From contig CM059429.1 in assembly GCA_030390025.1 (NCBI GenBank), positions 150,102,001 through 150,166,000 on the forward strand: a DNA stretch of 64,000 nucleotides, read 5' to 3'. Shown here piece after piece: positions 25,881-36,160 of the stretch. The number at the start of each line of letters is the position of its first letter. The stretch's first letter is position 1. The DNA comes from Squalus acanthias (taxonomy: Eukaryota). Position numbers and translations under genes: made by a program. Under the pieces are notes generated by a model. It did not search any database and was not told the origin of the DNA. It was given only the letters and a program-made list of their open reading frames with translations.

Positions 25881-26049
25881 TAATTACTGTTTGGCATTTG
25901 CATAAGGCAGTAAAATTATAATTTTTGAAATATTCGTGTACAGAGTGTTCCCGTACCAGCTGGTGACCCTGAAATGTTAGTTCATACGAGTTTCATATAT
26001 GGGCAAATGCATTTTATTTGAGGGTGGAAGGACTGGGGGGGATGTTGTT

Positions 26050-27549
26050 CATGACTGCTAATGCAGCAATTGTTCAGCAGGAGCACTGTTCAATGAGCTG
26101 TTGCTGAAGAATTCTGATGCAGGCAACTGTTGGTCCTCTCTCACTTTCTCATTAATGTCTGTCATCAGAAATCTCTCCATTGGCTGGAGTCATACCTAGC
26201 ACAAAGGAAGATGGTTGTGGTTGTTGGAGGCCAATCATCTCAGCCCCAGGACATCACTGCAGGAGTTTCTCAGGGCAGTGTCCTAGGCCCAACCATCTTC
26301 AACTGCTTCATCAATGACCGTCCCTCCATCATAAGTTCAGAAATGGGGATTGCACAGTGTTCAGTTCCACTCGCATACCCTCAGATAATGAAGCAGTCCA
26401 TGTCCACATGCAGCAAGACCTGGACGACATTCAGGCTTGGGCTGATAAGTGGCAAGTAACATTCGCACTACACAAGTGTTGGGCAATGACCATCTCCATC
26501 TCCAATGTTAAAGACGCTATATAAATGCAAGTTGTTGTATTATTGGAAGCAACCAGGCTTGTCCAGGCAGTGGAATCGTTGTTTGATGTCTCCAATGGTC
26601 TGCTTGCTGAGGGCTTTATTTGAGTCATGGATCTAAATGTAGTGCAGTTTGGGCACAGAGTATGGGTTCCTGAGAGGAGCACTGAGCCAAGTGTGCAGGA
26701 GATAGTCCTTGACCCTGACCAGCCAGTCTTATACTTGCTGTACAGGAGTAAAGAGTGGGGAATGGAGGTTTGGTGTTGGATAAAATTGTCAAGACAGCTC
26801 CCAGGAAAGCATGATGTGCCGCTAATGATCAGATACCAGTTGCACAATAATGGAATGAAAGCCCTTGCGATTCATTAAAGCAGTGGGCTTGTCTGAAGAA
26901 GCCTACAGGGTGATGTGGGTGCAGTCAATGACGTACAGGACTTGGGGGAATCCTGCAATCGCTGCAAACCTCAGAACCCTGTCCTGCTGTTTCCAGATGT
27001 CTATGGGAAAAATGATGAAATTATTTGCTCTACCAAACATGTCATCAGTGACCTGCTTTTAATGCAGGGATGAACTGCAAACTGACTGATGTTACAGATA
27101 TCCCTGTGGCAGTCTGGAAGGAGCCGGAGGCCAAGGGGTTTAGGACTGCAGTGAAGCTGATGGCAGCGCGCAGTGCTGTCCCAGCTGTACCATTGGGTTG
27201 TAGGTCTTGTTGCAGGAGGTGACTCAACTCTGTGACAGCCTCCCTAGAGAAGCACAGCCTTCTTAATGCACTGATAATCAGAGAACTGTAAGTATGGGGG
27301 ATTGGGACTAGCTGAAGTGCTCTTACAGAGAGCCGGTACGGGCTCGATGGGCCGAATGGCCGCCTTCCGTGCTGTAACCATTCTATGATTCTATGTTATC
27401 TCAGGTATTTAAACTCTTTTGGGAGGGTAAGGCTTCCTGTGAACACACTTCCTTGTATTTGCTATCCCGACTGTTAGAGCTCCTTCCCTCTGTTGTTGCT
27501 CCTCCTCCTTTTCCTCCAGCTCGAGTGTAATTCCCAGAAGAACCCCCAT
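26050..27549 (-). pseudogene. HARBI1-like Harbinger DDE transposase relic
   Basis: Minus-strand motifs RKPYPPKRV, LASGSFQ, AGFPQV..VIDCTH, NRKGFHS, TIGDIKQRFHCLD; interrupted by CR1-group insertions at about 26165-26535 and 27295-27394. Confidence 0.85.
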
Positions 27550-27632
27550 GAAGAAAAGTGGGTTCAGAAGCCCCTTTACGAGTTCAGAATGTTCTTCAGA
27601 CACTGCAAGCAGAAGTAGAGAAAAAACATAAT

Positions 27633-28264
27633 GGGACCTGAAATTGCGGTCGGAGGCTTCCCGCGGGCGGATAGCCCCAAACCGCAAGTAAACTCCGTAC
27701 TTACTCGATGGGCCGGGACCTACGGAGACTCGCGCTCCTGGGCCTGCAGGCCTAAGCCTGCGTAAAGGCCCACATATCCCAGGGGCGCATGCGGTTCACA
27801 TGAAACATACATTTTCACCCAACCTAAATAAAAATAAATCATCACATGTTTAAAATTAATTAATATACAATTTAATTAAACATTTAAAACAAAAATTTAA
27901 TTTTTTGAAAAATAAATTTAAACATTTTTAAAGGGGCCAAAAATAACCTAAACTACTTTTTTAAAGGTTTTTTAATGTTTAAATCATTTAAAATTGTTAT
28001 TTTAATATTTATTTAAACACTTACGCTGGTAAAAGAAAGCCTTACGCCTGCTTTTACCAGGCATAAGAGTTTCATGGGCATTCGCTGGGCAGTAGTTGGG
28101 CAAATAGCCCAACTCTCCACCAGCGAATGTCCACTTCCTTCGGGTTCGTGCAATCTGTCAAACTGAAACTTGACAGATCGCAGGTTCTGGGTTTTCGTGC
28201 ATGCGGAAACCCGGAGCTTGCGGGGCACAGCGTACGCGGTCATAGGCCCCAGAAAATCCAGGCC
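27633..28264. mobile_element. MITE, AT-core family
   Basis: Homologous to 49364-50111 (GC-rich arms, very AT-rich core); ends gggacctgaaatt / aaaatccaggcc. Confidence 0.8.
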
Positions 28265-29064
28265 AAAGTAATACAAACAAAATGTCTCCCAAAACTTTAC
28301 TTGGGGCTGCTCGATTCTGATACACGAGGTACAAAGAGGAAATACGCAACTCCCCAGCTCTTAACCTGCTAAATGGAAAATGGAAAATAAAAAGGACATC
28401 CTTTGGTTTTGCTTTATTAAAAGCTAACTATACCATCATTGTTTCATACAATCTTGAGTTGATCTAATCACTCGCCGGTAGTCTTTCACGAGAGATACAG
28501 AAATGTTAACTCTGCGGCGGTTACTTCTACAATGATCAGTTCACCCTGCATTTGTGGATAAGTGCCTATCTAATGCAAAGAATAGTACCTGAAATATCCT
28601 CCTCAATTGATGATGCTTGTGAAGTGTATGAGAAAATTTGAGTTAAATGTAACTTGGATTTAAGTTGAATTTAGATTGAAATTAAATTGTGGCAGTGGTG
28701 TAGCATTGGACTCCCAAATAGATTTGAAATCCCAGCCATAACTGACTGCAATTTACATTTGCCCTCCCTCATTTGAAATTTTTGCCTGATGAGCTGCTGG
28801 AGCGCAGTGTTTCTGGGGATGGGAGACCAGTCCCTACCCTGCAGAAATGAATCTTGGATTTCTCTGTTGGGATGATGTCAAAGCATGCAGTTTGAATGTT
28901 TTATGGTACAAGTGTTATACCTGAGCTGAAAGTAAATTAATGCTGACATTAAATTGCTAATGTAACAATCCTTATCCATTCTATAATTTACATATGTAAA
29001 AATCCTATAGTATTTTTAATGTGATGTAGTTAAAGATGTGGTAATCAGAAATAAAATATGTAAA

Positions 29065-29235
29065 TTCAAGACAGAGATCGATAGATTTTTGGATACTAAG
29101 GGAACCAAGGGATATGGGGATAGTGCGAGAAGGTGGAGTTGAGGTAGACGATCAGCTATGATCTTATTGAATGGTGGAGCAGGCTCGAGGGGCCGAATGA
29201 CCTACTCCTGCTTCTATTTCTTATCTTCTTATGTA
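29065..29235 (+). mobile_element. CR1 LINE 3' end
   Basis: gatcttattgaatggtggagcaggctcgaggggccgaatgacctactcctg plus tail. Confidence 0.85.
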
Positions 29236-29682
29236 AATCAGACCCCCATGACATCAGAATCAGAGAATATGCTGAAATGTGGCATCTGAAGTATGGCTAC
29301 TCAAATCTGATAGGATGAGTGCTCTATCTGTAAGACTTTTAAGGGGGAGAAATTCGGTATCGCCCCGTGCGGGGGCGCTAAATTTTGAAATCTTGAAAAA
29401 TTAGCGGCAGGTGCTAATGAGTCTGAGGTTTCCCTAAATTGGCTGTTGGTGCTCCTGGAAAGAGCTGGAGCGCTAAATCAAGCGCTAATGACCTAAACAG
29501 GGCGCTACAGGGCCGCTACCAGCAGAGCGATAATGAATTTCAGGTGCAATGCAATCGGGAATGATCCTTCACACTGGCCCCTTCCAGCTCTTAACGAGAA
29601 GGATGCATCATTGTGCAGATCCTCATTATCAGCATTGCTGGCTGTGAAGGTGACCTGCAAGCAACTCAATCCCCTGATCGTG

Positions 29683-32180
29683 ATGGCTGATCCCACTCAC
29701 AGGGAGAGAGCTCGTCGTTTCACGAACGAGGCATTGGTCGCGGGAGTGAAGCGAAGGAGGGCAGTGTTGTTACCGGACACTGGAAGGAGGCCATTGCCCC
29801 AGGAATTCAGGGCAATGTGGAGGGAAGTGGCCCAGGAGGTCTCGGCCAGTAGTGTGGGCATACACAGCCTGACACAGTGCCGCAAGAAATTCAACGACCT
29901 CACTCGGGTGGTCAAGGTGAGTACATGCTTCAACAGGTCCTACATACCAGCATCTGAACCTTAGGGCTGGATTTTGATACTGGGGCGGGTTGGGGTCATG
30001 TTATCCACTTTTCGTGTTATCCACCCGTCTGCAATTGGATGTGGGAGATTGATGCAATTTTCACCTAATTGGGCAATTGAGTTCCAGCATGTGGGAACCC
30101 ATGAACCAATTAGTGTTTTCAGTCTGAAAGCCGCCTCTGATGATGTCATCATTGCTGCTGCATTGAATGTCTTCAGAGACTGCCTGGCCTTTGCTGTGAG
30201 AGGACCTGGATATATCTGAATATGAGAAAGAGAGAGAGAGACTGGCTTTTGGTGTGAGAGGACCTGAAGGCAAAATGCACTGATAGTCAGCTTTCGAAAT
30301 GTGCTCCCGCCAGGTTTCACATTCGTGTTTCAGAACAGGCGTGCTTCACGTAGAAAAAGAGTTAAAATCACAAAGGCCTTTCAAAATGGCATTTTGAGCC
30401 AATTTAGTGCTTGTTAAGGGCCTTAACAGCCTATCCCGCCTCTTTAAAGGCGGGACGGAGTCGGGACCAGTAGACACGATTTAATGAAAATTGCGTGGAG
30501 GCGGACTTGTGCCCGCCCGCCAGTTTTCGCAATTTTAACCCCCCACATGCCTCCAAACCCGCCTCCACGGGTCAATGAAAATCCAGCCCTTAGTCTGTAC
30601 ACACTGCACAAACCACCACACCCCCACCACTCATCCACCAAGCATCCGCACCTATTCAAACTCACATCCACATCTCACGCCTTGCCTACAATCACAGCTA
30701 TTCAACTACAGCAGGCATTTCTCCCAAACACATAGCTGGACTCTGACTCACACACATTCGTTTCTCTTGCAGGCCAAGATGGCCCACAATAGGAGGGAGC
30801 AGCAGAGAACAGGCGGGGATGATGTGCAGCTCCAGCAGCTCTCAGACCTGGAGGAGCGAGTGCTGCGACTCATTGGGCAGCAGGTGGTGGGCGGCGTGGC
30901 CATCGGCGACGTCGACTTCCTTGGGGGCAACAACGGTATCTTCAGCCCCTCTCCTTCTCTCATCCTACTTCCCCCTCACACCACAAGCCTTTCCCACTTT
31001 CCTGCTCCTGATACTGTCTGCATTGCTTGCTCCATTCCTGCCCCCCTCCCGTCATCTTAATGTGAGTCTTGTGCCTTTATGCTTTCAGCGAATCAGCAAC
31101 CAGATGACCAGTCTGTCCCTGAGCCTCCCACTGAGAGTGAGGAAGGAGAAGAGGAGGAGGAGCAAAGCACCGCGTCACTGCATCTCTCACCTGCAGGCAC
31201 CACCTCAGATATTGGCACTACAAGATCTTTAGAGGCACTGGGTGATGCACCGGGGACGAGCGGGCTGCAGCAAGGCCAGGGGTAAAGGGTAGCTCGGGAG
31301 CCAGTTCCCCGGAGGGCGAGTTTGTGTGCGAGTTCTGCTGCGCAGGACTCAGATGAGGACCTCGATGGGGAGGCGTTCACAAGAAGGGTGATGGCCATGC
31401 ACACCGAGATGATAGGTGCAATGGCAAGGGTGCCCGAGAGCCTGTCGGCAATGGTGAGGAGCGTGGAGTAGTCCGCCTCCCAATATTGCACAGAGCTCTG
31501 CGCACACCATGGAGCCCATCCTTGGCAGTCTGCAAAGGATAGTAGACTCCCTGAGAGACCGTGGGGACCCAGACCTCATGCCGCGTGTCATGGGCGATGT
31601 GACAGCTTTCATTGCAGCACACGCGGAAGCTATGCAATGTCTTAGTGCTGTAATGCAATCAGTGGTTGATGCCATCCAGTCTCAGACTGCTCTCATGCAG
31701 TCTCAGCTTAATGCCACGAAAGCTCTGACTGCTGCCATCGTCGCTGGGACCACCACAGTCCACCGGGTATCTCACGGTGTCGCAGCAGCCCAGCAATCCA
31801 TGATGTAGCAGATTGGTGGGGATGCTGAGGTGCTGCCCCGGGGGAGTGGCAGTGTGTCAGTGGAGCAGGAAGCTGCTGTCCTATCTCAGGATGACCGCAT
31901 TCCTGGCACTGCCACTCCACCATTTCCCTTGTCGCTGCCTGTCATCCAGCCAGCCCAGACTGCCGCTGCCCATCCTGAGGTGGTGCAGTGTACAGCCTGG
32001 CCTTCCAGGCCCAGAGCTGGTCGAGGGCATCCTGCAAGGCCATCTGTAGTTTCTGGGACCAACACTCAGCAGCCTCCCACCAGCCCTGCTGCAGCCACTG
32101 GGGAGACACTAAGTAGGAGCACTAGATTAGGAAAAGGCACTGTAAAGAGGGCAAGTAAGGGTTTGCACAAGGGTGATTAG
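29683..32180 (+). pseudogene. Harbinger Myb/SANT-like protein, 3 exons (29683-29916, 30773-30935, 31089-32180), disrupted
   Basis: MADPTHRERARRFTNEAL...WREVAQEV...TQCRKKFNDL followed by gtgagt; GT-AG junctions keep the reading frame; exon 3 has in-frame stops (about 31283, 31469, 31806) and a +1 frameshift near 31480. Confidence 0.85.
29964..30589. mobile_element. Harbinger-type MITE in intron 1 of the Myb gene
   Basis: TIRs gggctggatttt / aaaatccagccc; TSD TTA. Confidence 0.9.
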
Positions 32181-32299
32181 TTAATATTGTTGCTGTATAT
32201 ATGTGGTTGCTGAATTTGGATAAATTTCTGATTGGAATGTTACAGATTTGGGGCTGTGTCTCATTTCAGCTTTGGGGTGTGGTATGGAATGAGAAATTG

Positions 32300-33554
32300 A
32301 TGGAATGATGGAGACTGGATCAGCAACCGGGAAGTGGCCTCGAATTCATTGGAACCACAGTCTGATATGGTGGTCATGGATCGCCCTTCCACAAGGCCGA
32401 TGGAGTGGCTGGATCCTCCGTCACTGCTATTCGTGCTCTTGTTCCTTGTCCTCCTCCTCCTCCACCTCCTGGTGGCAAAGGCTGGGCCCTCATGATGGCC
32501 AAGTTGTGCAGCATGCAGCACACCACAACGAAAAGGGACACCCACTCAGCTGAGTACTGGAGGGCTCCTCCCGAATGGTCAAGGCAGCAGAACCATTGCG
32601 TGAGCACTCTGATGGCAGCCCAGTGTGCTTAGCAGGCCAATTAAGGGAAAGCTGGTTGCAGAGAACGTCAACGTATGACGTTTCAAGATAATTGTCATCG
32701 TTTGACAGCTCTGTGAAGCTGTCAAACAGTGACATTCTCTGTAATTTGATGAGGTCTTGAATTCAAGACCTCATCAAACATCTTTCTTTTGCAGAAATGA
32801 GATGGTTGTTGCATTGGAGAATGCAACGGCCATCTGTCATCTCTTGAATTCAAGACTCTCCGCATACACACCGACTGAAGCCTGCAGGAAGAAACAAAGG
32901 TAAGTACACTTTTTCTAACACTTTGCACTTACCTCAGATACTCACCTCTCCACACTTGCACCCATCACTCCCCTCCACAGCACACTTTTGCACCCCTCTG
33001 ACCCCCGCAGACCCACTACTCGCCTCGGTGACCCTGGCGGGTTTTGGAGCCTTCAGGAAGCCCGCACTTGTGAGGGCAAAAAGGGGATAATCCTATTTTC
33101 TGCCTGTTAACTACCTGTTAACAGGCAGTTAAGTGGATGTAATCCCCTTCCCCCCCTCCAAGGAGCCGGGACCCGGCGCGGGACGGCTACCCGCCTCCTG
33201 GCAAGATGGCATGGAGGCGGGTTGGGCACCCGCCCCCAAATTCTGCCATTTTCCCGGCAGTCCCGCCTCCAAACCCGCCTCCCCAGGGCTGGCAAGATCG
33301 TGCCCCACGTCCTTGGTGAAGCGGAGCCTTCTAAGACACTGCTCCTCAGTGAGATTGATGTAGGAGAAATGCTGCCGGAATACCCTGGGAAGGAAAGGCC
33401 TCCTGTTGAGAGCCCTGTTGGCCCTCCTCCCTCTGGCCACATTTTGCAATCTTTCTCTGCGCCTCTGCTGCCACCAATGGTGGCGCTGGAGGGCGAGGTC
33501 CAGTGCCAGTACAGCCTCCATTAAATGATGGAAATGGAAATGTTGCACTATCAA
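32300..33554 (-). pseudogene. HARBI1-like transposase, catalytic core deleted
   Basis: N-terminus RRPFLPRVFRQHFSYINLTEEQCLRRLRFTKDV and C-terminus QWFCCLDHSGGALQYS...VVVCCMLHNLA flank a truncated MITE. Confidence 0.85.
32629..33305. mobile_element. Truncated Harbinger-type MITE
   Basis: One intact end aagatcgtgccc at 33305; the other end is missing. Confidence 0.85.
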
Positions 33555-34966
33555 ATGTAACCCAAATGAAAGTGATAAATTTTTCTCAGCCAGAACACTC
33601 CTTCCAGTTGAGAACGCTCAAATCACTCAAAACGCCTGTTTGCTTTAGTCAAACAGACAAGGCAGTGTTCTTTGCCAACAAAGAAAAACGGAAATTGACG
33701 CCTTTATCTAGCGCTCCTCCAGCGCTCACCCAACTGCATTCTGCCTCCTCTACCTGTCGCTGCTAATGGCAGGCGCTCAGGCAGGGGGTGAGAGTGAATT
33801 TCAGAGCTGGGGCGCTGCGCACCCGGATGTCATCACGATCTCCGGCCGCAGGAGAGCGTGGCGCTAGTGGTTACCGCCGCCGCAAACCTCCACTTCAGTT
33901 TCGCGGGCGTCGGTACTATCGCCGCGCCCGGTCGCAAAGCCGGTAGCACCCCGCTAACGGGAGGCGCTAAGGTGCCCAATTTCTCCCCCTTAATTTATTA
34001 CTAATAGATTTCCTATGTCATTGCTCACAGTGAGTCAAAGGATATACTATTTGTAACAATAGGGTGCAATGTTAGTTAGGGTGTAACATCAGGGCCACTG
34101 ATTTACAGTGACTGAATAAATAAAATTCCATTTACTTGCCTAGTATACTGGGATTTTTACAGTGCTTTGGGGATCTATTTTATTGGCTCTATCAAATATT
34201 TTGTGAAAACTATAAATGAGTGGCCAGTACATGTAAATCCTTTATCCTTTACTATTTTTAAAGCTGAGGCTACACTGCAAGATTTAGGTTTTAGAGGTGG
34301 GTACCTGGTATATACCTGGAAGTTAATCGGGGGAAGGTTAGTGGCACTGGGAGTGGTGCTGAACTTTGGTGGCTCTGGAGGGAATTATCTTTGGGTTTGG
34401 AAGAACTGGGGTGGGGATCCTGTGGAGTGACAGCAATGAGGTGGAGGTGCTGGAGTTTGGCAGCCTGGTGGAGGGCGGGAGAGAAATCCTATTGAGGCTT
34501 GGCAAAACTAGTGAGTGGAATGTGGGGTTTGGCTCATTGGTGGATTCCTCGAGTCTGAGTAAAAAAGATAATCGATTATATTTAAAAGTTTAGTTGGAAA
34601 CCTACCCAAATTCATTGTTGAATTGTATTCAAATCATTTTCAAAAACACAAAGGCCGCGATTTCGCCAGCGGAGGCGGGATCGGGGCAGGAGAGGTGGTT
34701 GGCGGGTTCTGGTCCCGTTCCCGGCTACAGCCGCTCTGTAAAAAGGATTTTCCATTAGTAGAGCTTGTTAAGTCCACCCTGCGGTGTTCCCGGCCAATTA
34801 AATGGAGGCGGGTCTGATGACGTCGTTTGATGACGCGTCATCAGCCGGTTTCCTTAAAGGTACCATGTCCACATTCATTTTGTGGAGATGCCGGTGTTGG
34901 ACTGGGGTGGACAAAAATGAGAAGTCACACAACACCAGGTTATAGTCCAACAGATTTATTTAAAAT

Positions 34967-35002
34967 TACAAGCTTTCGGAGCTGTCGCTCCTTCTTCAGG
35001 TA
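34967..35002 (-). ncRNA. Minimal hammerhead ribozyme motif
   Basis: Reverse complement of 35115-35150. Confidence 0.8.
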
Positions 35003-35114
35003 GGGTAGCTGTGAGAGAATCTCCCAGAATTCACAATATAATGTAGGGAAAGATTTGAATACATTTTTTCTGTGTTTATATTGTGAATTCTGGGAGATTC
35101 TCTCACAGCTACCC

Positions 35115-35150
35115 TACCTGAAGAAGGAGCGACAGCTCCGAAAGCTTGTA
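35115..35150 (+). ncRNA. Minimal hammerhead ribozyme motif
   Basis: tac CTGAAGA a ggagc gaca gctcc GAAA gctt gta. Confidence 0.82.
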
Positions 35151-35948
35151 ATTTTAAATAAATCTGTTGGACTATAACCTGGTGTTGTGCGACTTCTCAC
35201 ATTCATTTTGACAGTTGTGCTGTCAGTGTTCTGCAGCATTGAGGTGCTGCAAGCACTGCACAAAGGTGCACGGCTGCACTCAGGCTCTCCCGTGACTTAT
35301 GGAGGGAGTCACAGCACGCTTGGAGGTTCTCTTCCCTTCCAAGGGCGGAGGAGACCTCCCCAGGACACCATCGCAGCCTGGTTGCACATTGCACAGGAGG
35401 GAAAAAGCAGGGATGTTGTCAGGAGTACCTGGCTGCAGTGGTGCAAACCTTTCAATGATCTCAGTAGATCACAAAACGTTACTCCAAATCCACACTCAAC
35501 CTCATACTGCTGTGCCACTCATCACATCCCCATCACTCTGCCTTCTCTACCCTACTCCTGCATACCCTTACTCACACCAACTTACCTTGTACCTCCACCC
35601 ATCCCTCTCTAGCTATATTATTACTTCCCCATCTTACTAGCTACCCCTCTCACTCACCCTCATCCTAGTCCAATCATACCAACTAACAACACACAAGGGT
35701 AGGCACTTGGATGTTTTATGCAATGTTCATGTAAATTTTCTGTTAATGTGTTGTCAAACATTGAAATCTTTATTTTCAACACTTTGCCTTATTGTACAGA
35801 TAAGTGGAAGTGTCTTAGTGAGTTGCAATGAATGGTGAGACATAACGGTATCCCCGCAATGGTGATGAGTGTGAAAGGAATGGCTTGGTCATTGTAGGAA
35901 TGCTTTATGATGATGGTGTGGGGTAGTGTTAACCTGGTGCATCATGTG

Positions 35949-36142
35949 TGTCGTAAGAATGAGCCTTACGCGTGGTGAACTTAAAGTAAGCTTTAATCAA
36001 CTAAAAAGGTGCTACATACAAAAGAGGTCTTACTCTATGCCTCTCCAGGATCCAACTAATCAGTCCAGTATTTATCCTGGACTAATCACAGGAAGTGATG
36101 CAATAAAGTTCGAGTCACAGGAAGCTGTATGGTGTTACCACA
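35949..36142 (-). repeat. 3' LTR
   Basis: Identical to 40218-40411 by eye; preceded on the minus strand by the polypurine tract. Confidence 0.97.
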
Positions 36143-36160
36143 TTCTCCCCCCCCAAAAGA

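Larger units (their letters stand above)
23801..27600. mobile_element. Degenerate two-gene PIF/Harbinger transposon
   Basis: CpG-decayed TIR aggtgtgatttt at 23801; convergent Myb/SANT-like (+) and HARBI1-like transposase (-) relics; right end not identified. Confidence 0.8.
29343..33989. mobile_element. Two-gene PIF/Harbinger transposon (defective)
   Basis: TIRs GGGGGAGAAATT / AATTTCTCCCCC, TTAA on both flanks, subterminal GCGCTA repeats, convergent Myb/SANT and transposase genes. Confidence 0.92.
34883..35197. mobile_element. Non-autonomous Penelope fold-back (inverted pseudo-LTR plus tail)
   Basis: Near-perfect inverted repeat of about 124 bp (34918-35041 / 35076-35199), a tail of about 35 nt on the left, and flanking direct repeat cacattcattttg. 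Confidence 0.9.

Noticed and set aside
28787-28850. ctgatga motifs (also at 58748) as hammerhead or C/D snoRNA starts
   Set aside because: No matching stem II/GAAA geometry and no terminal stem with a D box.
26050-33554. Domesticated HARBI1, NAIF1 or MSANTD host genes
   Set aside because: TIRs, stops, frameshifts and nested insertions show these are decayed transposon copies.
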